Virus record (IMG/VR): IMGVR_UViG_3300029615_000411
Coordinates: 119,874-183,873 of that record
From: a virus
Lineage: Duplodnaviria; Heunggongvirae; Uroviricota; Caudoviricetes
Length of the DNA stretch: 64,000 nucleotides
Strand: one strand, 5' to 3'
Each line of letters begins with the position of its first letter. The first letter of the stretch is position 1. Below are positions 9,353-17,004 of the stretch, piece by piece. Under the pieces are notes generated by a model, which was not told where the DNA came from, searched no databases, and saw only the letters and a list, made by a program, of their open reading frames with translations. The position numbers and the translations under genes are program-made.

Positions 9353-9604
9353 TCACGCCACCTCGAAATACTTTTCGACATCGCTGTTGATAGAACGCGC
9401 AGGAACACCCTTGGTCTTCTCACTGTAGTAGCCACGCTTTTTCAGCGTGTTCTTAACAATAGAAATGCTCTTGTCGCTGCGCATGGTACGCTTTCTCTTT
9501 TCGATGCGTGCAGAACGAATGCGCTTTTCGTACTTCTGCATACGCACAACATCCATGATGATAGGAGCAGTAGTCTCCGCGATATACTCATTAAAAGTTT
9601 TCAT
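9353..9604 (-). CDS. small basic hypothetical protein (about 83 aa)
   Basis: GGAGG RBS; ATG 9604 (GTG alternative at 9610). Confidence 0.45.
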   Translation of the reverse strand: MKTFNEYIAETTAPIIMDVVRMQKYEKRIRSARIEKRKRTMRSDKSISIVKNTLKKRGYYSEKTKGVPARSINSDVEKYFEVA

Positions 9605-9639
9605 ATTCACATATCCTCCGTAATATATTATTTTTCTAA

Positions 9640-9675
9640 ATAAAAAAGGCAGCTATTTTTTCAAAAATAGCTACC
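9640..9675 (-). terminator. leader hairpin downstream of promoter D (GGTAGCTATTTTT-ga-AAAAATAGCTGCC TTTTTT)
   Basis: Near-palindromic 13-bp stem, U-run. Confidence 0.45.
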
Positions 9676-9761
9676 TTTAGTACATTGTGATTGGCGATAA
9701 TTCAATCATACACGCCCATAAAACTCTGGTGCGATGCATTGTGTGATTTTATTTATCGGAT

Positions 9762-9796
9762 AACTATATATTATTAACTTTGCAGCAATTTGCAAG
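9762..9796 (-). promoter_or_regulatory. class I promoter D (TTGCAA-ATTGCTGCAAAGTTAA-TAATAT)
   Basis: Conserved core; flanked by terminators on both sides. Confidence 0.45.
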
Positions 9797-9805
9797 CGCA
9801 GCATA

Positions 9806-9840
9806 CAATAAAAAGCGCCTCCCGTATTACGGGGAAGCGC
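9806..9840 (-). terminator. intrinsic terminator after membrane-protein gene 9852..10451 (GGCGCTTCCC-cgtaatac-GGGAGGCGC TTTTTATTG)
   Basis: GC-rich 9-bp stem plus U-run. Confidence 0.6.
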
Positions 9841-9851
9841 CTTAGTGTTAT

Positions 9852-10451
9852 TTATTCTTTGTTATCCGAAGGAATTTTCGGAGACTTCTTCTTCTCAACG
9901 AAAGCATCAATCGTTCGGCCGAAACGATTAAGAAGCATTGCGCCAAGATAAAGAATGATGCCGCTAATCATGATACCAACATCAAGCGTCTCAAATCCTG
10001 CGAAACTCTTGCAATAAATAGAACTGACTGCGAGAGCGCCAAGCGTTGGCAGCGAAGCAATCGTTACCGTAAGTGCCGCATACACAACACTATTCAGAAC
10101 AGTACCAATACTTGCAATGATGCCGCGCTTTTTAAAAGTGCGCTGCTTATCGTAGGACATCTGATAAGCCCCGATAAGACTTGGTTCACGAATAATGTCG
10201 CGCAGATGCAGCAGGCACCACGCCAAAACAGCACACCCGATGCCGCAGCCGACCTTATAGGCACTCATGCGAGAACCCCACAGGTCATTTGCGTTGGCGG
10301 GAACGACGAACGCCAGAATGTTGAACAGGACGGCAAACAAGACGAACATTGCCATGTGGGGATTCTTGGCAGTGTTGCGAGCCTCGTTCTTTGCCTTACT
10401 GGCGACTTCCTCGGTCTGATTGTGAATTTTTACATTGAGAATCTTTTCCAT
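9852..10451 (-). CDS. integral membrane protein (about 4 TM)
   Basis: Hydrophobic segments; ATG 10451; strong terminator follows. Confidence 0.5.
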   Translation of the reverse strand: MEKILNVKIHNQTEEVASKAKNEARNTAKNPHMAMFVLFAVLFNILAFVVPANANDLWGSRMSAYKVGCGIGCAVLAWCLLHLRDIIREPSLIGAYQMSYDKQRTFKKRGIIASIGTVLNSVVYAALTVTIASLPTLGALAVSSIYCKSFAGFETLDVGIMISGIILYLGAMLLNRFGRTIDAFVEKKKSPKIPSDNKE

Positions 10452-10496
10452 TTTTTTACCTTTCCTTTCGTGTGGACGATTTAGTTGTAAATCGTT

Positions 10497-10814
10497 TTAA
10501 TCTCTGTGATAGCGTTGCATCATACCGAACATAGCCGCAAGCGCCAATGCAAGGTAGATGTAAGTGTATCCCTTTTCAATCATGTTCAGAATCACGATGG
10601 TAAAGCTCGAAAAAGCACCACAATAAAAAGCGGCACCAAGTTTATCGACCAAAAACATCAACATCTGGGCAACGACTGCCGCAGGAACAAGAAGCTTGAG
10701 ACGCTTGGCCTCAATGATTCCGTCCCAGTCAAGAACAGCAATGAAGCTGGCTCCCATGCAGATGACCCAAACAAAAGCGAAAATAAGGGTTGCTGTGTCA
10801 AAAAAGTTACTCAT
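10497..10814 (-). CDS. small 3-TM membrane protein, paralog A; holin-like topology, function unproven
   Basis: GGAGG 8 nt before ATG 10814; about 50% identical to the next gene; ends KRYHR. Confidence 0.45.
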   Translation of the reverse strand: MSNFFDTATLIFAFVWVICMGASFIAVLDWDGIIEAKRLKLLVPAAVVAQMLMFLVDKLGAAFYCGAFSSFTIVILNMIEKGYTYIYLALALAAMFGMMQRYHRD

Positions 10815-10869
10815 ATCAGTTACCTCCAAAATTACTGATGGTTTACGGGTTTATGGACATCGAATCGCA

Positions 10870-11184
10870 TTATCTGTGATAGCGCTTTGTCATGCCAAAC
10901 ATAGCTGCAACCATAATCGCCAAATATGCGTACAAATACAAGTTCTCAATCATTCCAAGAACTGAAATTGTAAGGCTGGCGAACATACCGCAATACAGAA
11001 CAGCACCAATTTTTTTGATGATGAACAGCGTGGCTTGCGCAATGATGGCGACAACGAGAAAAACTTTGATGTATTTAGCCTCAAATAAACCATCCCAATC
11101 GATGGCAAGGAAGATACAAGCCCCCACAGCGAGAGCCCAAACCAAAGCAGCAACAGATGCAACAGCGTCAAAGAAGCTTAACAT
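10870..11184 (-). CDS. small 3-TM membrane protein, paralog B (tandem duplicate)
   Basis: GGAGG 8 nt before ATG 11184; DWDG, AKxxK and MFGMxxRYHR conserved with paralog A. Confidence 0.45.
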   Translation of the reverse strand: MLSFFDAVASVAALVWALAVGACIFLAIDWDGLFEAKYIKVFLVVAIIAQATLFIIKKIGAVLYCGMFASLTISVLGMIENLYLYAYLAIMVAAMFGMTKRYHR

Positions 11185-11237
11185 AGCGAATACCTCCATG
11201 TTTTAAATAGGTTAATGTTCGGACATCTATATAAACA

Positions 11238-11273
11238 GCAAAAAGCCGCCAATGGGACAATCCACTGGCGGCT
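11238..11273 (-). terminator. hairpin plus T-tract after sortase operon / promoter E (GCCGCCAGTGG...CCATTGGCGGC TTTTTG)
   Basis: GC-rich stem plus T5. Confidence 0.55.
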
Positions 11274-11324
11274 CAGTTGCCGATTGCAATAATACAGTTA
11301 AATCATTTGATTTATGTTATGTCT

Positions 11325-11356
11325 CAATTATATTAACTTCGCAGCATAATGCAAGA
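11325..11356 (-). promoter_or_regulatory. class I-like promoter E, divergent copy (TTGCAT-TATGCTGCGAAGTTAAT-ATAATT)
   Basis: Degenerate copy of the core downstream of the sortase gene. Confidence 0.35.
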
Positions 11357-11362
11357 GCTTTT

Positions 11363-12334
11363 TCAGAAGACTTCGTCAAGTTTTGCACATACAATAAAAC
11401 GAGTATCGTAATTATCACTGCCTGAACAGGTGGACAAAATCAAAACCTTATCATTCAATCCAACTTCTGTGGCATACTGATTGTAAGAGTAAGCTTTCAT
11501 ACTTGCAATCTCTGTCAGGAAATACGAATCATCCGGATTCGCAATGGTATAACTTGGGTCAATAGGATAATCGGCAACAGCAAAGATTTTCCATCGTGTC
11601 TGTTGTTCACCCAAAGTAAGATAAATATACCGATGTTCCTTTGCAAAGTTGACATCGCGGAAGTATTTCAAAACACTGAATTTCTTGTGCATACTGTTTC
11701 CGTTGCTATGTCCAAAAATAACAGTTACTCTGTACATGTCATCAACATTGCTGACATTCCATTCGGAGGGAACAAAATAAGCGCCCCAGATACTTTCCCT
11801 ATCGAACTCATTGTGAGTCAGGTAATAATCATCGTCTGTGGGATGCTGCAAAATGGGCTCATCTGTAACATCAACGCCGGGAACGGTTAAGTAACCAACG
11901 GTGTTTTTGGAATACGCTGGCTTTGGTGTCGGTTCCGGTTCTGAATCACTCTCACTTGAATTAGAAGACGGGATAAGAATCGAGGGAGTAGAAACGGGTT
12001 CTTCTACATCGTCGGAGATGTTTCCTGTCTCATATGCAGGGATATGATAGTAATCATACGTCTTCCATCCAATATAGCCAATCATGGCAATAAGAACGAT
12101 GCAGATTACGACCAACAAAACTGTCCAGATGGAAAATCGCCGTTTCTCTTTGTCCTCTGACGCGTCCATCGCATCCATCGATTCATTGTCATCCTCGTCA
12201 TGACTTGCCTTTTGATGAGGGAAGTTTTCACCAGTTCCATCATCCTCATCATTTGGAATGTAATTGTACGCACCAAGTTCCTGCTCGAAATGTTCTTCTT
12301 CAGGCAGTGGTGGAATAATAGGTGTTTTTGCCAT
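11363..12334 (-). CDS. sortase family transpeptidase, class-B-like, N-terminal TM anchor
   Basis: Catalytic LILSTC motif, His in TVIFGHS, conserved Arg in TRFIV; TM RRFSIWTVLLVVICIVLIAMIGYIGW; last gene of the secY operon. Confidence 0.75.
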   Translation of the reverse strand: MAKTPIIPPLPEEEHFEQELGAYNYIPNDEDDGTGENFPHQKASHDEDDNESMDAMDASEDKEKRRFSIWTVLLVVICIVLIAMIGYIGWKTYDYYHIPAYETGNISDDVEEPVSTPSILIPSSNSSESDSEPEPTPKPAYSKNTVGYLTVPGVDVTDEPILQHPTDDDYYLTHNEFDRESIWGAYFVPSEWNVSNVDDMYRVTVIFGHSNGNSMHKKFSVLKYFRDVNFAKEHRYIYLTLGEQQTRWKIFAVADYPIDPSYTIANPDDSYFLTEIASMKAYSYNQYATEVGLNDKVLILSTCSGSDNYDTRFIVCAKLDEVF

Positions 12335-12345
12335 AATACATCACC

Positions 12346-13509
12346 TTATTCAGCTGCGGCAGACCGCTCGTACACATCAATGCAGTAGTTGCCCATAATC
12401 TTGTTGTACATGCACTCCTGTGCCAAAGGACCTGCCCCATAGGTATCAACGGCGTTATCATAGTTACTGCCAATATAAGCTTTCACTTCATCGACAGACG
12501 GTTTATAGTCCTGTTCCTCTGCCAGATACTGCGCAACAAGGCTCAGTAAAACATTTTCTTCCGTCTGACTACGAAGACTTTCTGAATACTCCTCCGAGGT
12601 CTTATAATTGCTGTATGTCTGAACGAATGTCTCCAAGTCCATATTGTAGGCAGTTGCTTCGTTTTCGACATACTTCAAGTTGGTTTCAAGACTCAGGATG
12701 ACAAGGTCTGTCGTATCCTTTTTGAGTTTTACATTGTCAATGAAATACTGTTCAATCTCATTCTGAATCTTATTCATACGAAGATTCTCTTCAACATATT
12801 CACGAAGCAGGTCTACTGTAGTTACAGCAGTGCCGTCTTGCAGCTTGTAGCCACTCATGATACCGGCAACATCAGCATCTGTCATGCTATATTGAGAAAT
12901 TTTATTAAGCGTTACATGGAAAACAGCTTCCTTGTTGGCGAGTTCGATAGTCTGCTCGCCTGTAGTTCTATCTGTTGTACTGCTATATCCATCAGGGAAT
13001 GTTACCGTAACATCAAACGAATCCCCCGTGTTATGCCCGACGATTTGCTCTTCAAATCCGTCAATAAAGGTATTGGAACCGAGTTCCAAATCGTAGTCTT
13101 CTGTTGTTCCACCGGTAAAAGCAACACCATCAACCGTACCCTCATAGTCAATGTTCACAACATCGCCTTCCTGTGCGGCGCGGTCTGTTACCTCTGTCGT
13201 CAGCTTGTAATTGGACTGAAAATAATCCAACTCGCTTTGAATCTCCTCGTCTGTAACGGCGTATACATCTTTGCTGACCGTATACTTCTTATAATCCTTG
13301 GGCATCTTTATGTATTTGGACGCAGTCACATCACGAAAATACCCGTCATCATCAAGACCGAGGTCATACTCAACAGCGGAAGCTGTTTCGGAGGTGGCTG
13401 TTTCCGCAGTCTCAGATGCACTTGTATCGGCCGTATCTTTACTGCACGCGGTCAATGCAATACATGCAGCACTGATGACCGCCAGAATCATTTTTGCGTT
13501 TTTCTTCAT
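12346..13509 (-). CDS. lipoprotein with FKBP-type PPIase / trigger-factor-like domain; candidate extracytoplasmic foldase
   Basis: MKKNAKMILAVISAACIALTAC signal plus lipobox; GDVVNIDYEGTVDGVAFTGGT...LELGSNTFIDGFEEQIVGH is the trigger-factor/FKBP PPIase signature; AAAGGAG RBS. Confidence 0.65.
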   Translation of the reverse strand: MKKNAKMILAVISAACIALTACSKDTADTSASETAETATSETASAVEYDLGLDDDGYFRDVTASKYIKMPKDYKKYTVSKDVYAVTDEEIQSELDYFQSNYKLTTEVTDRAAQEGDVVNIDYEGTVDGVAFTGGTTEDYDLELGSNTFIDGFEEQIVGHNTGDSFDVTVTFPDGYSSTTDRTTGEQTIELANKEAVFHVTLNKISQYSMTDADVAGIMSGYKLQDGTAVTTVDLLREYVEENLRMNKIQNEIEQYFIDNVKLKKDTTDLVILSLETNLKYVENEATAYNMDLETFVQTYSNYKTSEEYSESLRSQTEENVLLSLVAQYLAEEQDYKPSVDEVKAYIGSNYDNAVDTYGAGPLAQECMYNKIMGNYCIDVYERSAAAE

Positions 13510-13565
13510 GAAAATCTCCTTTATAAAAAGACCCCGGCAGACAGGTTGCCTACCGGGGCAGTATT

Positions 13566-13817
13566 TTAAACGAACAGGAACGGAACGTGAAGCAACAGAG
13601 CGTATGCCGCATCCATAATGCCAATAATAACGGCGGATACAGCACTCACAACAAGAACTGCTCCAGTTCGATGGAGCGTGTTGTGCATACTCGGCCAAGT
13701 CACATTTTTGGGTGCAACCAAATTGTGAAGCTTCTTAGGCGTGCTCTTGACGAAAGAAGGAATTGCCTTCACGAAATTCGCAATAGCCGTTCCTACCTTT
13801 TTCAGTTTATCTTTCAT
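13566..13817 (-). CDS. secE: SecE-like preprotein translocase subunit (accessory copy)
   Basis: KNVTWPSMHNTLHRTGAVLVVSAVSAVIIGIMDAAYALL parallels SecE KKVxWPxxKE...T.VV..V....D; ATGA overlap with upstream secG-like gene. Confidence 0.55.
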   Translation of the reverse strand: MKDKLKKVGTAIANFVKAIPSFVKSTPKKLHNLVAPKNVTWPSMHNTLHRTGAVLVVSAVSAVIIGIMDAAYALLLHVPFLFV

Positions 13818-14068
13818 GCCGCACCTCCTACTCCGGTTACTACGAACATGATGATTGCGATAACAAGCAGAATAGCTGTACATACAGCAACCAGTTTATT
13901 TGCGGACGTTTTCGTGCTGTCTTTAGCATTCGAGCGCATTGTATCACTGATTCCGGTGATAACACTAAGACTGTTCTTGTCGGCCTTATCCATGGAAAGC
14001 GTAACCGCACAAACCAGAACAGAAACCAACAGAATCAAGATGCACAGAATGATTTCATAAATTGCCAT
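13814..14068 (-). CDS. secG: SecG-like translocase subunit (accessory copy)
   Basis: 84 aa, two TM with Gly/Ser-containing loop (LSVITGISDTMRSN...) as in SecG; immediately downstream of secY, translationally coupled to secE-like. Confidence 0.45.
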   Translation of the reverse strand: MAIYEIILCILILLVSVLVCAVTLSMDKADKNSLSVITGISDTMRSNAKDSTKTSANKLVAVCTAILLVIAIIMFVVTGVGGAA

Positions 14069-14083
14069 TGTGTTGCCCTCCCG

Positions 14084-15424
14084 TCAATTCAAGAAACCCT
14101 TGTGATGGCGAACCACCAAATGGCTGTTAAGAGAATCGATAACTTCAAGCGTAACACCTGTGACAATCAACAGACTGGTACCGCCAAAGTGCATGTTCAG
14201 ACCTGTAACCGCAGTTGCCAAGATAGGCACACATGCAATAACCGAAAGAACAAATGCTCCCGAACCGGCGAGAGAATGGCAAGCATTGCGCAAATAATCA
14301 CTGGTAGCTTTGCCTGCTCGAATACCGGGGATACTGCCGCCGTTCTTGCGCAGGTTGTTTGCCATTTCGATGGGGTCGAATGTGATGTCGATGTAGAATA
14401 AGTTGAATGCGAAAATCAGGGCTACATACGCAACATCATAAATCCAATTCCGCGAATTCCAAGATGCCAGCGCCATATACAGGCTGGGGTGCTTGTTGTA
14501 ATCGAGGAACATCGTCACGAGAGACGGCATACTGCAAATGGTGGACGAGAAAATAATAGGCATAACACCCGACATAATCAGTTTGATGGGGATATAACTG
14601 GACTGACCAGTGGATGCTTTGTTCCCCACATTTTTACCGGCATACTGAACAGGAACGCGGCGCTCTGCATCGCTTGCGAAAACGACATAGAAGGTGGCCG
14701 CCAAAACAAAGAGGATGACGCCGGGAATCATCAGATAATACCACCATCCATTTTCTTTGCCCATTGCAATAGAGTTCTGGAACAACGAGATGACAGCATC
14801 CCATCTGGAAATGATACCGATAAAGATGATAAGGGAAATACCGTTGCCAATACCTTTTTCGTCAATCAGCCATCCAAGCCAGATGACGATTTGAGAACCA
14901 GCAGTCAGAATGGCAATAACAGTAATGGCTTCCACGACCTGCGAAATGCCGGAAGTGTATTTCATCGCACCGTAGTTCTTCATAATAAAGAAGTACCCGA
15001 TAGCTGTTACGACCGCCAAACCACAACCAACATACTGCGTGATTTTATTGATTTGCTTCTGCCCGCCGATGTCCTTGCTGATTTCTTCCAGTTTCGGAAT
15101 CGCAACAGTCAAAAGCTGGATGATGATGCTTGCGTTGATGTATGCAGATACGCCAATCGCAAATACCGCACACTGAGAAAGTGCGCCACCGGAAACCAGA
15201 TTGTAATAATCCAGTACAGAGGTGCTTCCGAACATAGTCTGAAGCGCAGCGGTGTTTACGAACGGAATCGTAATACCGCAACCCAGACGATAAATCAGAA
15301 GACAAAGGATGGTGAAGAGAATCTTGTTGCGAACATCATCCACCATCAGCTTCTGGAAGATGGTGCTGTTCGAATAAGACTTTTTGAGTTTCGGCTTTTT
15401 CGCCGGATTTTTAATGTTGTCCAA
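14084..15424 (-). CDS. secY: SecY family protein-conducting channel, second non-ribosomal-context copy (SecY2-like)
   Basis: GITIPFV, SQIVIWLGWLIDEKGIGNGISLIIF, VPVQYAGK, YIPIKLIMSGVMPIIFSSTI, NLRKNGGSIPGIRAGKATSDYL, FGGTSLLIVTGVTLEV; TTG start with GGAAGGAG RBS; no rplO/adk/map neighbours. Confidence 0.85.
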   Translation of the reverse strand: MDNIKNPAKKPKLKKSYSNSTIFQKLMVDDVRNKILFTILCLLIYRLGCGITIPFVNTAALQTMFGSTSVLDYYNLVSGGALSQCAVFAIGVSAYINASIIIQLLTVAIPKLEEISKDIGGQKQINKITQYVGCGLAVVTAIGYFFIMKNYGAMKYTSGISQVVEAITVIAILTAGSQIVIWLGWLIDEKGIGNGISLIIFIGIISRWDAVISLFQNSIAMGKENGWWYYLMIPGVILFVLAATFYVVFASDAERRVPVQYAGKNVGNKASTGQSSYIPIKLIMSGVMPIIFSSTICSMPSLVTMFLDYNKHPSLYMALASWNSRNWIYDVAYVALIFAFNLFYIDITFDPIEMANNLRKNGGSIPGIRAGKATSDYLRNACHSLAGSGAFVLSVIACVPILATAVTGLNMHFGGTSLLIVTGVTLEVIDSLNSHLVVRHHKGFLN

Positions 15425-15448
15425 TGCTTACTCCTTCCGCGACTGAGA

Positions 15449-15724
15449 TTATCGAGCAAAGAAAGCAACGATGATTCGCATCAGAAAGGCTACAACGGCC
15501 AACTTCGTTGCAAGCCACATGAACCAATCGAGTTTGTCGATACCTTCGTCGAATACATTTGTTGCGGCAGCATCTTTTTTGTTACTGTCGCAATCCCCGT
15601 CAACATGGTTTTTCTTGATTTTGTTGCGATTAAGCACAAACAAAGTTCGAAACAAAGCCCATGTTGCAATACAGAATCCGTATACGATTAGAAGCTCGAT
15701 ACAGAAACTGTGCAAAGACGACAT
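15449..15724 (-). CDS. small 2-TM membrane protein; possible extra translocon subunit
   Basis: 91 aa, two hydrophobic helices; TAATG overlap with upstream gene; directly precedes secY. Confidence 0.4.
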   Translation of the reverse strand: MSSLHSFCIELLIVYGFCIATWALFRTLFVLNRNKIKKNHVDGDCDSNKKDAAATNVFDEGIDKLDWFMWLATKLAVVAFLMRIIVAFFAR

Positions 15725-16401
15725 TAAGCGGATGCGCCGTTGGCGTCAGGAGTCGTATTGGAGGCGGTCTCGGCAACGGCCTCTACCGGAGTTTCCGTGA
15801 CAGTCTCTGCAGGAGAAGTGATATCCCCGGTGATTGTGGGGACGTTGGCATCTTCTGCGACCGACTCATTGACGGGCGCTTCAATAACCGCATCCTTGAC
15901 TCCATCAGCAGTCACTTTCTTTGCTGCGATTTTTGCGAAGTGCTCATTGCGCTTTTCACGGCAAGCCTTGCAGCGGGTGGGGAACTTGTAGTCATGGACG
16001 ACATACCAGTACAGCTCGCGATTGGTAAACTGCAGCTTCTGACCGCAATCTGCGCAGGTGTCTTCCAGACCGATGTTATCCAGCCCGCGCTTCACGAAGT
16101 CGCGATGAATTTTGCGGCATTCCGGGCAGCGGTTCGGCAGAGAATAACCGTGACTCTCGAAGAAATCGCGGTCACGATTGGTGATGTCGAATTCATGACC
16201 GCAGTCAACGCACTTGCGGGTCTCAAACACCTCATTGCTCTTTGCATCAGCTTCCTTGCGAGCTTCATCCTCTGCGCGGCGTTTTGCGAAATCGTCACGC
16301 ATACGACACTCGCGGCACAGCACCTCGCTCTCATTGGCGGTGCTGAACGGCTTGTTGCACTTCTCACAGGTCTTGCGGAACTTCTTTGCTGCATCTTTCA
16401 T
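15724..16401 (-). CDS. zinc-ribbon protein with five CxxC...CxxC units and acidic tail
   Basis: CEKCNKPF..CREC, CVDCGHEF, CPECRK, CADCGQK, CKACREK. Confidence 0.5.
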   Translation of the reverse strand: MKDAAKKFRKTCEKCNKPFSTANESEVLCRECRMRDDFAKRRAEDEARKEADAKSNEVFETRKCVDCGHEFDITNRDRDFFESHGYSLPNRCPECRKIHRDFVKRGLDNIGLEDTCADCGQKLQFTNRELYWYVVHDYKFPTRCKACREKRNEHFAKIAAKKVTADGVKDAVIEAPVNESVAEDANVPTITGDITSPAETVTETPVEAVAETASNTTPDANGASA

Positions 16402-16444
16402 GGTTTAAGTCTCCTTTATGGTAAAAAATTAAAATAATGATTGA

Positions 16445-16960
16445 TTAGGCGTTGGGACCAGAAAAAGAATCGATAATTTCATCGATGTGGACGTTCAAGT
16501 CGGACTTGTCATCATCTTTCTTGGCGGGCTGTTTTACAGGAACAACGATATCAGGCTCATTCTTCTTTTCCTCCGCCGCCTTTTCTTCAACAGGCTTCTC
16601 TGCGGATTCATCCTTGGCCTCAGTGACCTCGGACGCGCTATCGGAATCCACCTTGCCGGATTCATCCTTATCGGCATCAGGATTCGCCTCGGTTGCCTTA
16701 TCAGTATCCTTTTTCGTCTCATCATGCTTGCGTTCTACGCGGATGACATGAACGGCAGCCACGGGCGCGTGATGAATATCATCGATGCGCTCATCACAAC
16801 CGCAGCACTCATCACAGTCATCACAATCGTCGTCATCATAAAGATAACCGTCATCCTCCAACTCTTTGATGACCTCGTTCTTCACATACTTGGTCGTGAG
16901 TTTCAGGGCAACGGCTGCAACAGTGGCGGCACCAATAACGGACAGAATGTTCTTCTTCAT
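16445..16960 (-). CDS. secreted or membrane-anchored acidic protein with poly-Asp/Cys cluster (DDDDCDDCDECCGCDE)
   Basis: N-terminal signal/TM MKKNILSVIGAATVAAVALKL; first gene after class II promoter P1. Confidence 0.5.
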   Translation of the reverse strand: MKKNILSVIGAATVAAVALKLTTKYVKNEVIKELEDDGYLYDDDDCDDCDECCGCDERIDDIHHAPVAAVHVIRVERKHDETKKDTDKATEANPDADKDESGKVDSDSASEVTEAKDESAEKPVEEKAAEEKKNEPDIVVPVKQPAKKDDDKSDLNVHIDEIIDSFSGPNA

Positions 16961-17004
16961 AAATTTCTCCTTTGACTAAAAAGCAATGTTTCGCTTGGAA
17001 TGTT

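Noticed and set aside
9611-9851. Possible tRNA or sRNA gene in the 240-bp intergenic region
   Set aside because: No cloverleaf-compatible T-loop or acceptor pairing seen. The structure is explained by a terminator, a class I promoter and a leader hairpin.
10497-11184. Calling the tandem 3-TM proteins a phage holin pair within a lysis cassette
   Set aside because: No endolysin, spanin or structural phage genes are nearby, so only holin-like topology is noted.
14084-15424. Treating this SecY as the housekeeping secY
   Set aside because: No ribosomal-protein, adk, map or infA neighbours; it is flanked by mobile-element-type genes and co-operonic with a sortase and a lipoprotein PPIase.
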